Source of the DNA: Eledone cirrhosa
Taxonomy: Eukaryota
Length of the DNA: 64,000 bases
Assembly (NCBI GenBank): GCA_964016885.1
Contig: OZ024741.1
Coordinates: 47,430,001 to 47,494,000, forward strand
Direction: 5' to 3'
In this document: positions 1 through 12,544 of the stretch, piece by piece
Layout of the letters: every line of letters begins with the position of its first letter
Position numbering within the stretch: position 1 is the stretch's first letter
Translations under genes and position numbers: made by a program
The notes under the pieces: model-generated
The model's database searches: none
What the model saw: only the letters and a program-made list of their open reading frames with translations
Told to the model about the DNA's origin: nothing

Positions 1-1024
1 TTCATAAGCAGCCGTGCTGTTAACCTTTTTTAAATCCCAGCTTCAATGTTTTTGCACGAATCTGTTATCCACTTCGCTTTGGATTCCATCATCTTCCTCA
101 CCTTCCTATTCACAGCGTTTTATTGCTATCTTGCTTCCTGACTCATTAGCTAAGTCTTCCCCAGATCTCGTCTTAAATTACATAGGTCCAAGATGTCCTT
201 TTTTTCTTTCTTGCTTCTCAACACTTCTAAATTATTTTATGTCGTCGGCCAAGGAGTTTTTCTTCCAGTAGGTTGAGAGCTGCAAATCTTCCGCCTACGA
301 TCGCCCAAACATTGCAGCAACCGGTGGGAGGGGGGGGGGGGGTTAGTTTGTTTACATCAAACCTAATACGTGTGGCTCCTATCTTATGGATCCTCTTGAG
401 CTTAAGCTTCAGTGTCATCCAAACCAAATCATGACCACTGTTGACATCCGCCCCACGGAAGCTGGTTTTATTGATACTGGACTTGAACTTTTGAAGTGCG
501 AGAATAAAGTCATAGCCCTGGATGAATGCTATGTTGTTCTCCATGTGGTTTTATGTAGGAAGAGTGTGTTGGCTAAGGTCATCTTGTGAATGCTAGCAAA
601 TTATAAGAACCTGAATCCACGAGCGTTAGTTTTTCTGATCCCAAATTGTCTCACTGTCCTTGCCTACTTTGGCATTCCAGTCTCCTTAGACGATGAGGCC
701 GTCTTTTTAGGGGTTGTCCTGTAAATTTTCTCTAGGTTTTCATCAAACACTTCGATGGCAACATTATCATTTTCAAGTATTGGCGCTAAGATTTGTATGA
801 TGGTAATGTTCTGTGTAGGTCTTGCAGCCATTCATATAGTGGTGAGCTTGCTGGTTACTGGTGTATAGCTGATGACTGAACATACGTGGGTCTTGTTAAC
901 GATGAAGCTCGAAGCTCACTCCATGTTGGTGTCATCTCCACTGTACCATAGTTCTGGCCTTCGTCTGTAGTTATTTCCTCAAATCCAGTCCACTTACCTT
1001 CAGCTAACACTAAGATATTTCATG
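1..1024 (-). mobile_element. Decayed RTE-type LINE fragment (AP endonuclease region)
   Basis: ORF 227..544(-) contains DFIL...FKSSINK...GADVNSGHDLV, the C-terminal motif of an APE domain. Frameshifts and stops surround it. Confidence 0.75.
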
Positions 1025-1355
1025 TGCATTTGTTCTAGCGGTGACAGAGAGAAACAATCGACAATAATATTGTTTCTGGGTATTTGCCCGTTGTCAATGT
1101 TGTATATCTTTTTTCTGTCACACACTAGAACTCTTGAGAATAATAAAAGAAAAGTGAGAAATAGCACTCAATCACGCGCCAGAACAAACTGGAGATTCCC
1201 TGTATTTAATTTTTGAGCCAACACATTCGCAGTATTGCCATGGTTGATAAGAACTTCATATGTATGCAGCATAGCTTTCAAGACATCTCAAACACCACCG
1301 GTTAAAAAAAATATATATTACTGATAATTCTCGGTATTTTAGAATTTTACTCCAT

Positions 1356-1600
1356 TCAGCTAGAGATAACCTTCACCTTTACCGCAGCATCTAGGATGGG
1401 GGAAAGAGCAATAAGGCCACAAACTGTGGCATCCCACATAAGACATCTACCTCTTACCCAAAGACAAAGAATAAAGCCATCTGGCTTCTTCCCATCAACT
1501 CTAGACAATCTCGCTAGCTTCAGAATTGAGGGGATGTTGACTTGAGCCAAGGCCAGCTCGGCGTGACAAGCGATACAACAGGCAAGACAATCTCAGCAAT
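1356..1600 (-). mobile_element. CRE-like non-LTR retrotransposon fragment (restriction-like endonuclease, PD motif)
   Basis: IPSILKLARLSRVDGKKPDGFILCLWVRGRCLMWDATV resembles the R.DGKRPDG...PW..G..L.WDAT motif of CRE-clade RLE domains. Confidence 0.75.
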
Positions 1601-1850
1601 CATTGGTTGTGGAAATGAAGGTCAAAATCGATCTCCATAGGATCTGAACTTGAAACAGTAACATATTTATTATATTTTCTAAGAATATGATCTGAGAGGG
1701 GGGGGGGGGGAGAAAAACATTAACCTAAAAAAAAACAGTGGAAGGAGAAATGGAGAAAACTACACCCTTGGCTGGACAGTTTATCCATACATACATTTTA
1801 AAGAGTCAGGACCACGACGGCTGAGCTCATGCCGTTTCAACAGCTAGTTC

Positions 1851-1866
1851 CACACACACACACACG

Positions 1867-1954
<88 letters not shown>
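1851..1954. repeat. (CA)n followed by (GA)n compound microsatellite
   Basis: Directly visible. Confidence 0.98.
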
Positions 1955-1959
<5 letters not shown>

Positions 1960-2102
1960 CCACGAGTCTGATGAACTATTGATTGCAGAGTCTGGCACGA
2001 TCGATACTGATCGCATCTGGAGCTGATCGATCGCGAAACATGTGTGACACGTGAATAAACATAATGATATTTTGACATCTCGTTCCTACACCTTATATAT
2101 AT

Positions 2103-3167
2103 ACTAGCAGAGGTACCCGGCGTTGCTCGGGTATTAAATAGCAGTTGTGTACACCATTTATGCCAATACTTCGGTGCTGCTTCGAAAACTATACTTTTAC
2201 AAAATCATCGGCTTTTTCAAAAAGGGGGTTCCTGCCCCCAGGGGTCCCCTACTCAATATATGCCAATTCTGAGAGTTCACATTCATCTGTAGGACAAACG
2301 TAGCACATGTGTCAAGTTTTGTGAAAATCGGTTGCGAACTCCAGAAGTTATGACATTTTGTTGCATTGCACTGCAATGCTTCAGTCGACTCCAAGAAAGT
2401 GGTTAAAGGGGGTTATCTGCCGGGAGGCCCTATAATCAATATCTGGAAAAATGAAAGTGCCCATGACCATCCAGAGTACATAAGTAACTTATGTCTTAAG
2501 TTTGGTGAAAATACTGTAGAAATGTATAAGGTTTATACACGCGCGCGCTCGTGTGTTTGTGTGTGTGTATGTGGGGGGGGGGGGGGGGTATGTATTTGTG
2601 TGTGCGTATGTATGTGTATGTCCGTCGAGCATACGTATGTACTGGCCTAAATCTTCACTATTTACTTTTACTATTTTAATAACCTCTGTCATTTTCGTTT
2701 TCAATTTTATTTACATCATTCTTAAACTCCGGGGCTGGAAATCATTCTGTTATGTTAAATAGAATATTAGTCTAACGACTCCATTTATACCATAAACTTG
2801 GTCTTGTCTTTGCATGAAATTGTTCTTCACGGTCCACATAACAACGTATTATCCTCGCTTTTTTCCGTTCATTGTCAGGGAACGTCTTCACGAACCAAAA
2901 TATCGTCTTCCTGTTTTCGTTCGGTTGGAACGTTTCTCGAAATATTTACTTCTGCGTTCACAGATTACTCTCAGTTCAATTTGAATGGGAAATTCCTGTT
3001 TCGTCAATTTTCTCCGTAACCATGGAAGCTTGTACCCTAAACGCCTCCTCGGGTCATTCTGCATAACTGTAAATTTTGGCTGCATTCCACCAAGCCATTT
3101 CGACGTTTATCCGACTACACCTACCTACTTAAATATACAACGTCCGACCACTTCCAATTTATATAGT

Positions 3168-3171
<4 letters not shown>
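2103..3171 (+). mobile_element. Non-autonomous Helentron/HINE-like element
   Basis: Starts ACTAG followed by a short hairpin (cccggcg-ttg-ctcggg). Internal aagtttggtgaaaat-type repeats; ends tttatatagtagat next to (TA)n. Confidence 0.55.
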
Positions 3172-3251
<80 letters not shown>

Positions 3252-3260
3252 ATATATATA
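3169..3260. repeat. (TA)n microsatellite
   Basis: Directly visible. Confidence 0.98.
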
Positions 3261-3280
3261 TCATCATTTTACGTCCGCTA

Positions 3281-3482
3281 ACGAAGGAGGTGTGGTAAGG
3301 AACCAGATGGACTATAACGCACCAGAGTACTCAATACTTAGGGTAGTAAAGTGGGTAATAGGAAAAAGTTTAACTCCGATGGCACAGCTCAAGCCGTTTC
3401 GACGGCTATTTCTGGACTCAAAGTCCAGAAATAGCCGTCGAAACGGCTTGAGCTCTGCCGTCGGGGTTAAACTTTTTCCTAT
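3281..3482. mobile_element. Penelope-like terminal remnant with ~60 bp fold-back (related copies ~1800-1850, ~39130-39270, ~46460-46625)
   Basis: Inverted arms 3358-3418 and 3422-3482 with 3 mismatches. GAAA-CGGC..GCCG-TC is a hammerhead-like 3' half. Confidence 0.55.
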
Positions 3483-3899
3483 ATATATATTAAGTTGACG
3501 GAACTAGCATAGGTATCACTGCTAGGACCGGTTGCAACTCAGCGTCCTCAATAGGTAATGTTAAATAAACTTCCAGGCTATACACATAGTTATTCGCTTC
3601 AATACAACACACGTAAACGGGTACCTTCAGTAATTCCCGAATTCGAGTTTCGGCCACTCTTAATGCAGCAGTAGGGGGCACTGCACCCTCTGTCCGCATA
3701 TATTATGCAACAATGCATAATCGGCGCATGTGTCTTCATCAGCGGGTTTCGCCTAATCAATAACCAATCGATCGACAGAATTCGACTCCAGTCCGTGCCG
3801 GCTTACACCCTGGGCTAGACGGTATCTCTTAGCTACACCTCATCAAGATGACGAAAGCATTGCCACAGAGATCCACCAACAATATCCGCTGCATCATCT

Positions 3900-4165
3900 A
3901 TTCCATAAACCCAGGCTCCACTGCCGGCAATGCTGAGGAGAGGAAGATAGTAAAATACCCGGACTTGATCGACCGTTTCCTCTTTGCACCCGTCTCTGTA
4001 GAGATCTCTGGCGTTCTTGATCCCTGCACTGCTGATTTCACCTGCAAAACTGGAAAGACGACGGCTCGCTTAAGGAGGGAGCCACGTGAGGTGGGGTAGC
4101 TATTGCAATAGGTGTCTCTGGCCATCCTCCGTGGTAACGTTTTTGCCGTTTTGTCCGAGGGATGT
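3900..4165 (+). mobile_element. CRE-like non-LTR retrotransposon C-terminal fragment
   Basis: AGNAEERKIVKYPDLIDRFLFAPVSVEISGVL...EPREVG*LLQ*VSLAILRGNVFA is a typical RLE-domain C-terminus. Confidence 0.75.
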
Positions 4166-4481
4166 GGTTGAAGCACCGCTCAGGCTGGGGTGTAATAATT
4201 GGCCCTCCCCTCTTCCCTTTCTTTCGTTGCTTGATCTTTCTTTCCTTTTCTTTTTGTTTTTCTCCTTCCTTTTCTGTTCACTTTGATTGACTATACACAT
4301 CTTTCTCGTAGTTCAAAAAAGTGCTCCATCTCCATATGTGATGCCCACCGATTTTTTTTTTCTGTATGAACATTTAATTCGTGATCGCCTTTATCGCAGG
4401 ATATATTGGTTTCATTTGATAAGACATTTTTTCCAATTTCACCCCCACCTGTCCCTTCAATCTATCTTATTTCTCATTCTT

Positions 4482-4517
4482 TCTTCTGATGAAAGACTAG
4501 CGTCTGAAACATTAAGA
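4482..4517 (+). ncRNA. Minimal type I hammerhead-like motif in a Penelope-like terminal remnant
   Basis: tctt-CTGATGA-a-agac(tagc)gtct-GAAA-catt-aaga: stems I and II can form. Confidence 0.5.
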
Positions 4518-4602
4518 CCTTCCTCTTGCTATTTGAAGCGTTAACCGAATATATTCCTTCCATATACTGTATCGATTATGTTGTTATTTCTGTTTACCTT
4601 TT

Positions 4603-4636
<34 letters not shown>

Positions 4637-4878
4637 TTAATTAAAATAATAATTAACTAACTCCGTTCCTGCACCACCAACAGGATTCAACATCAAAGAT
4701 GGATGAGTTGCATAACGTTGAGTGCTTTTCCTTTTTTTATATCATGATTAACAATACGAAATTACTATCCAGTGGTAAACCACCCAACTTAAATGAATAT
4801 TATATATATATAAACGGCCGAAGTTATGTCTGTTTTATTCGACTTGCTTCGTCTCCTATATATACACACACACACACA

Positions 4879-5222
4879 CAGCTGTCCGCTGGTATTCGCG
4901 GGGTTACGTTCCCGCGAAGAACTGAAAACCGCGAATATTGGACGTGCTCTATAAATATGCCTATAAACGTCAAAATATAGCGTAAAATATAATTAAAAAA
5001 AAGAGGGAAGCGTCTTATGCGAACGAGCGTCCAATAGACCGCCAAATACGGTATATTGTTATTAATAATTTAGCGTCAAAAAATATATATATTGCCACGA
5101 AAAAATCGCGGAAAATATTTACGATTCCGCGAATATGTGGTGGTTTCCACAAACAATTATTAGTTAGCTTCTAAGGAAAATTCCACAAATAACAGGGACC
5201 GCGAATGCTGGGGGTACACTGT
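4879..5222. mobile_element. Tc1/mariner-pogo-type MITE (degenerate TIRs)
   Basis: Left end cagctgtccgctggtattcgcgg; right end reverse-complements to cagtgtacccccagcattcgcgg. Internal ccgcgaa repeats. Confidence 0.55.
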
Positions 5223-5404
5223 GTATATATAATATATATATATATGGTAAACATAAATGATATATATACACACACATAATTCTTTTCCAGTTCGGATTCC
5301 TCTTCAGGTTAACCCGTGGCGAAAATACCTACCTAGAGGTCAATGTTAGGAATTCGTCTCTCAAGCAAACGATAAGCTTTTGATTGTCCCAGACATTGCT
5401 GAAC

Positions 5405-5465
5405 TATATCAGACATGCGCAGTGTAGTTTTAGTGCGAGTTATCCCTACATTTCCGGCAGTTTGT
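5405..5465. promoter_or_regulatory. Candidate housekeeping-type promoter motif cluster
   Basis: CATGCGCA (NRF1-like) at 5414 and CTACATTTCCGGCA (ZNF143/ETS-like) at ~5446, in sequence with no recognisable repeat. Confidence 0.3.
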
Positions 5466-5811
5466 GTTGTGTGATGTCATACAGTAAAGTTCACCAATGT
5501 TTAGTTTCTTGTAAGAGAACAACACACGGGCTCATTTTCTTTTTACCAGACGTTTCTAATGGTGGTGTTTCACCTACAACCACACAATAGTTAAGTAATT
5601 AACAGGCTTCATGAAACCATCCAGTGAGTGTAATATTTAACTATATATCTATCTATATAATGTATATAGTGTATACATATATATAGTTGTGTTGTTGCTT
5701 CGTTCTTGTGTTTATATTATGTACAACTACCAGACGTCTTTTTTGGTCTTTTACACTACCACACAATTGTTTTAAATAATTAATAGGTTCCACGAAACCA
5801 TTCAATGAGTA

Positions 5812-5852
<41 letters not shown>

Positions 5853-6685
5853 CTGAATCACATACCCTTTATGTATTATATATATATAATTACAATTAAT
5901 CATTACTAGGAACCTCACAAATGTAATGCATAAACATATATGGTGAAAGTGAGAGAAAAAGAAAAGGAAAGAAAAAAATAAACAAAAATAACCACCAAGT
6001 CACCATCCAATATTTATATATATTTAGAAATATACATATACATACCGCACACAAACATACATACACACATTAACATACACCACACACTCACATAAACATA
6101 CACCATACAGATACATATACACATACATATAAGGGTGTGAGTGTTCTCGTATTTTTGCTTTATTTTTAAATAGTGTTATACTATAGTGTTCTTATTTTCT
6201 AATTCATGTTTTTGTTGTTTGTCACCTTAACCTTAGCAAATGCCGTATATACATACAGTATATATATAACATGACAGACGATAAAGTAACCTAATTTTCT
6301 GATTAAAGACAAAATAAAACAAACACCAATTGTTTTAATTTTGTCACAACCCTCTGAGAAGAAGAAGACTATAAATAAGTTTAGTTCTGTATATAATTTG
6401 ATATTCTTTAGTTTTTCAGCAAGTCTCAATTTTTCCAAGTAAAAGGTATAAATAATTATACAAACACACACACACACATTTTTAAATCAAGGCTCGAGGA
6501 GTGGACCAACTACCCGCTCAAGTTCAACTATCGCTTGTGGTATTGATGCCTATCTGAGAGGCATTGATACCAAGTGATGCTCGAAACTCAGAAGATAATC
6601 TTTACCTTGGTATGAGTCTAATTACCCTTACTGGGTACCAAATGACCATACTTAAGATATATATATGTATATATTTCTGTTTACC

Positions 6686-6727
<42 letters not shown>

Positions 6728-6744
6728 TTTGAGTACTTCCATGA

Positions 6745-6985
6745 ATAATGGTCCCCTCGGTTTCAACACCGCAGACTACGTCTCTTCTTCGCCCACTTAT
6801 TCCTGAGGGGGTTGTGCCAGCAGGTCATCAGAAGCAACCGTCACCAACTGATCCAGCTAGATCTTCAAGCGAGACTCGCCAAGCTCATGGATGTTAACAA
6901 ACCATTTTGCTCGGGGTCTACCTCTGGGTTTCCTACCGGTTTGTTTTGCCCGTAAAATCTGTCCGGTGATTCTTTCCAGAGATTC
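6745..6985 (-). mobile_element. 3' end fragment of RTE family also seen at 12545-14200 and ~44700-44845
   Basis: Minus-strand translation ERITGQILRAKQTGRKPRGRPRAKW; shares the gatccagct motif with the other copies. Confidence 0.65.
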
Positions 6986-7944
6986 TAACCATAGACTGTA
7001 TATATATATATCATCATTTTACGTCCGCTTTCTCCTGCTTGCAAGGGTGGAACCTGTCCTCTTCAGCACAGCATCAAAACTCTACTTCGGTATTGAGTAC
7101 TCTTTTCTCTTAGCCGTCAACCACACGGATATATATATCAGGGGCGAAGGGTGCGTGCATGCAACGAATGCAGTCCATGCGTTATAGAATCTTGAGTTGA
7201 TCAATTGCATCGGTTGAAGCAAGCAGAATTTTGACTGCTTACTAATTCGTAGACACATAAAAAGATAACACACACACACTAGATAACGTTACATGCGGTT
7301 TTGACCGGGAGGGTCATTTAGAGGGAATTGTGGGGGGGGGGGGGGATAAGGCTGCACAGCCCCACTTTCCGCCATGGCGATTGGACTGCATGCCCTGCCA
7401 CTGATATGTATATATCATTATAGAAATGACTTCTACAGGACTAGAACTGTTTCATTCGCAAGAAATCGCTCACATATATAATCTTAAGTTCATATTTATC
7501 AGTATATATTTATATATATGAATATAATATATATATATATATAAATGAAAATATAGAAATTAATGTGAGCGAGAAGCCAATAGTAATTCATACATATAAG
7601 TGACTATTACGTCAAGATGAAAAATATTTAACGTAAGATATGGGAAAATAATTCAATCCCAATTCAAAAAAAGTCAAGACAGAAATTTTATCCACAAATT
7701 TCTTAACTCAGAATAAAATTAAGAGTAAATACTTATCCTTCAATTTGGAAAAATCTACAAATGCTCTATATAGTCTTAAAAAGACTATTTCACGAAACTT
7801 TTCAGTGGGGTTAGTCACGTTGGAGTTTTCGTCAGTAGAGCTGAACACGATAACCAAAAATCCACTGCTAAAATATGCCAGAAGGGAATTTAAAAGCAGG
7901 CTAGTTACACCTCGTGTGGAATTAAGATAATAAACACACATGGA

Positions 7945-8145
7945 GAACAGGGCTAGTGGGAAAAAAATTTCAGCGGGGGTTTGTGCCCCCGGGGAACCTT
8001 TTGATTAAAACGAAATATACTTATCCAAGTACCCTGGGCAATGTAGTTTCAGAATATATATGGTTATGGCGGTCTATCTCCAAAACCTTAGGGGGGGATT
8101 CGTGAACAAACAAACAGACAGGAACTACAACTATATATATAGATA
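7945..8145 (+). mobile_element. HINE/Helentron-like 3' end fragment
   Basis: Ends gaacaaacaaacagacaggaactacaactatatatatagat, similar in layout to the 3100-3171 end. Confidence 0.35.
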
Positions 8146-8324
8146 TGTATTATAAGAACAGCTTATAGTTTAAGCAAATAATCGCTGGTTTCACCCTTAA
8201 CGGGATCTTCTGAAACTTGTTTAAACTTTAATCTGTTCTTAGGATAAATATTTTCTCTAGAGTTTATATACACTGTATATATATAATCCTTATCGAGCCC
8301 TCTTCGGATTTTAGTCTTCACATT

Positions 8325-11300
8325 TCATCATCATCGTTTAACGTCCATCTTCCACGCTTGCATGGGTTTGGACGGGAATTTTCCCACTTGAGGCAAGATT
8401 GGTTGTCTTGCTCGTATAGGACTGTCTGGCGGGTTATCTACGGCTGGATGCATTTCCTAACACCAACCACGTTTACAGTGTGGACTGGGAGGTTTTTACC
8501 GTGTTACCTACACGGCTACATTACAGCGTGGACTGTGTTTTTTTTTGTCGTGACACCTACACGACCTCATTTATTTCGGACTGGATGTTGTGGTACCAAC
8601 ATAATTTTACATCGAAAGGGGTGGTGTGGATGGGACGGGGGTGTATTTTTGTTAAGAGGTGCCTACTGACTAGATTTCGCTTTGTACTTAGGTAAAGCGG
8701 GTCTTCTGTATTACTGTGTAGCGCCAAAGATCTCGGTCCAGTGACATTGTCTTGGAGAGGTGTAAGTGTGTGAGGTCGGAATTTATCAAGTCGTTCCAGG
8801 TTTTTCTGGGTCTGCCTACTCCGTGGCTACCGTCTATTTTTATCGCCCTGCACTTTTTTTTATACAGCTGTCGTCTTTCATGCGCATCACGTGACCATAC
8901 CAACGTAGTCTTCTCTCGAGTAAACAACATCTAATCCCTCTTATTCCTAATTTCTCCCTTAGTTCATTTATGCTTTGCCGTTCACGCATATTACTATTAC
9001 ACATCCAACGGAGCATGCAAGCTTCGTTCCTCTCCAGTCTGCGTATATCCTCTGCACACAATGCCCAAGTCTCACTGCCATGTAACATTGCTGTTCGTAT
9101 GCAGGCATCATACAGCCTGCCTTTCATTTTTATAGAGAAACCTTTAGCGGCCAATAGTGGTATAAGCTCTCTGAACTTTTTCCATCCCGTTCTGACTCTA
9201 GCTACTGTACTTTCAGAGCACCCTCCACCACCACTACTGATTTTGTCACCCAGGTAACAGAAGGTGTCCACTATTTCTATATAACCATCTGTGCAATGGA
9301 ATGAGCTAGTATTCTGTAGGCACTTGCTGCTACTTATTGCACTTGAGCACCGGCCACATATAAAATCTATATTCTTAGTTAGCTTACCTGTGATCCCACT
9401 ACATCTTTTATGCACCCATACTTTGCATTTGGGACATAAAATGGAGTTTCTGCCTACTCCTTTCCTACACACTGAGCATGGCCATTTCCCAGATGGGACC
9501 AGTGCCCTATTTTCCTTCCTACAAACTAGAACTTTAGTCTTAGACAGGTTAATTTTAAGGCCTTTTGATTCTAGGCCATGCTTCCATGTTTGGAATTTCT
9601 TCTTTAGTTCAGCCATTGATTCAGCTATGAGCATTAGATCAACTGCGTATAGGAGTTCCCATGGGCAGCCGGTCTTGAACTCCACTGTTATAGCCTGAAG
9701 GGCAATAATAAATAGTAGGCGGCTAAGAACAGAGCCCTGATGAACACCAACTTTTACGCTAAACTCTTCACTATATTCGTTGTTAATTGTAACCTTGCTG
9801 ACCGTTTCTTTATACATGGCTTGAATAGCTCTCACAAGCCATTCATCAACACCTAGTTTTCTGAGAGCCCACCAGATAATGGGGCATGGGACTCTGTCAA
9901 AGGCTTTCTCCAAGTCAACAAAAGCTAAGTATAGGGGTTTACTTTTAGCTAGGTACTTCTGTAGTTGTCGTACAATGAATAGAGCGTCTGTGGTACTTTT
10001 ACCTGACACAAACCCGAACTGCATTTCATCTAGATCAATTCGCTCTCTGATTAGTTGCGCTATTACTTTTTCTGTGACCTTCATGACCTGTCAATTAATT
10101 TAATGCCTCTATAGTTTCTCCTATCTAGGGCATCTCCTTTACCCTTGTAGCAGTTAATGATGATGCTGCTACGCCAGTCCTTCGGAACGACCCCATTCTG
10201 TATGACTTGGTTTACTATCCGGGTGACCATAGTAACCAGATGCTTTCAGCAACTATTTCCGAAGGCCCAGCCACCTTGCCTGTCTTCATATCTGTGATCG
10301 CCTTACTTATTATACTACCTTCAACTTGCACTGCTGGTCCCTCTATTGGATCGGTGTGGGGGAGACTATCTTTCTCCCATTTATTCTCCTCATTTAGTAG
10401 CCTTTCGTAGTGACACTTCCAAGTTACCTTCTTATCAGCGTCAGTGATGGCAAGTACACCATCATCATTAGGGACACACTTCTCCCCGACAATATCACGG
10501 TTTTCCTTGACACATTGCCTAGCAATCCTGAACACCTCACGTTTTTGGTCCTCGCGTTGTAGAACATGCTTGAACTTTCTTTCCTCTGCTTCCCTTCTTG
10601 CGAAGTACACTTGTTTCCTAGCTTCCCTCCTGGCCACTTCATAGTCTTCTCTACTTCCCCCATCCGCCATACTTTCCAAGCCTGCTTTTTGGCCTTGATT
10701 GACTCCTCCACCTTACTGTTCCACCACCAAGTTACTCTCCTCCTGCTTATAGGTCTGCTCCAGCCACAGATTTCATCTGTCGCCTTCAGCAGGTTAGCTT
10801 TCAGGAATTCCCACTGTTCCTCTATATTGTACAACTCTAATTGCTCTTCTTTACTATCAAAAGCATCAAGTAATATGCTTTTAAATTTATTTCTGGTTGT
10901 GGGGTCCTTTAGCTTCCATATTTTTCTCCTGAGGATTGTCCTATGTTATCGAGTACGTCTCGTCCTGACTATGAGGTCGCTAATTATGAGTCTACGTTGA
11001 GAGGTGCATTCTTCATGGGGGAGGGATTTAGTGTTTACAACAGACACTCTGTCACGTCTTCTGGTAAGGATATAATCTATCTGGCTGGTGTGTTCCCCTG
11101 ATCTATAGGTGATCAAGTGATTGTCTCGTTTTTTGAAGTTAGTGTTACAGATAGTTAGGTTATTTACGTCACAGAATTCCAGGATTCTGGAGCCTTCCTC
11201 ATTTCTAGTATCAAAACCATAGCCTCCATGGATTCCGTCATAGCCGTCACAATGTTGTCCAACGTGACCATTTAGGTCGCCAGCGATAATTATGTAGTCA

Positions 11301-11440
11301 CTGTCGGTTATTTGGGAGGTAGTGAGCATTAACGACTCATAGAATCTGTCTTTTATAACGCCAGGCAGTCCGGATTGGGGTGCATATGCAGATATTATTG
11401 TCACAGTAGTTCTATTGAGGACAAGTCTTATTTTAGCCAT
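8325..11440 (-). mobile_element. RTE-clade LINE subfamily A, 5'-truncated and disrupted (APE + RT + PHD-like finger)
   Basis: ORFs 10946..11590 (ISAYAPQ, GDLNGHVG, QIDYIL) and 8840..10084 (QFGF, FVDLEKAFD, HQGSVLS, YAVD in place of YADD). (GAT)n tail at 8325. Confidence 0.95.
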
Positions 11441-11686
11441 CCGTGGCCGAAATAAAGAGGAGTCCTTGCATTCTTGTCCGGCAGCATGAGGTGAATTTGT
11501 CTTTATCTTTGGCATTGTCACTGAGTGTCCAGATTGTTTCATTTCAAACTCTCCAGAATTCCATAGTCCATCCATCATATCGAAAGGCAACCAGGTCTAA
11601 ACTTAAGAAGTGATAGCATAGGCCACTGACTTATGATTGTCCACGTAATAATGGGGGTGAGTGGGGGTCGGGGGTGGGAGGGATAT

Positions 11687-12272
11687 GGGATAGTTAGCAA
11701 GAAGGTTTAAATAAAATCCTCGAATTTTGGGCATAATTGAACAAGCATATATAACAGTAATAAGAGAAGAATTATGGGATTTTAAAAATACAAGATTGTT
11801 TTGAACAATCAGACAGAATTATCGAATAGCATTGAAAAAGCAAAGATTGGATTCTGGACGAAATGATACAGATAGATGAATGCACCGGGGAAAAAATGGA
11901 GAGAAGAGTAAAGAAAATAGCATTTATACGCTACATTTTGCCGAGCGAGCGAGCAGCCTAGCCAGGAATAAGGGGTTGACGAATTCTGAGTTTCGTACTT
12001 GCAACAGGTTTATTTTATATTTGGAGAGAGAGGAAGGGATTGAGAAAGAACCAGCAGGCGCGTATACGATATATAGGGGGGGGGGGGTGAAGAATAGGAG
12101 GGAGCAGAGAAGGTTATTTTATAAAATCCTAGAATTTCGGGCCATAATTAAACGAACAAGAATGGGGTAGTTAGCGAGAAGGTTTAAATATTGGGCGAAT
12201 TTTGGGCATAATTGAACAAGCATATATAACAGTAATAAGAGAAGAATTATGGGATTTTAAAAATACAAGATT
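11687..12272. repeat. Direct repeat of ~110 bp (11687-11798 / 12163-12272) in an unclassified repeat
   Basis: ttttgggcataattgaacaagcatatataacagtaataagagaagaattatgggattttaaaaatacaagatt occurs twice. Confidence 0.8.
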
Positions 12273-12544
12273 TATTATTACTATATCATCATTTTACGTC
12301 CGCTTTTCCCTGCTTGCATGTATTTAATGTTACATTTGTGGATTGTCATTTTGCCAATAAAAAACACGCGCACCTTATAATTTTCACTTCAGCTTTATTA
12401 TTATTAGTTATTTGGTGAAGGCTCTTTCATCACATATTCTGTGACCTCCTCAATGACTATTCTTCCCCGTGTCTTCTCTTCTTTCTGGACTCTATTTACT
12501 CCATCTTAATAATTAATAATAATAAAACTGAGTTATATGTATAT

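Noticed and set aside
1025-1275. Possible exon or Helitron N-terminal relic on the minus strand (YCECVGSKIKYRESPVCSG)
   Set aside because: Too short and stop-interrupted to assign by eye.
1965-2065. Hammerhead-like CTGATGA...GAAACATGT
   Set aside because: Stems I and II cannot be formed convincingly and the cleavage position would be G.
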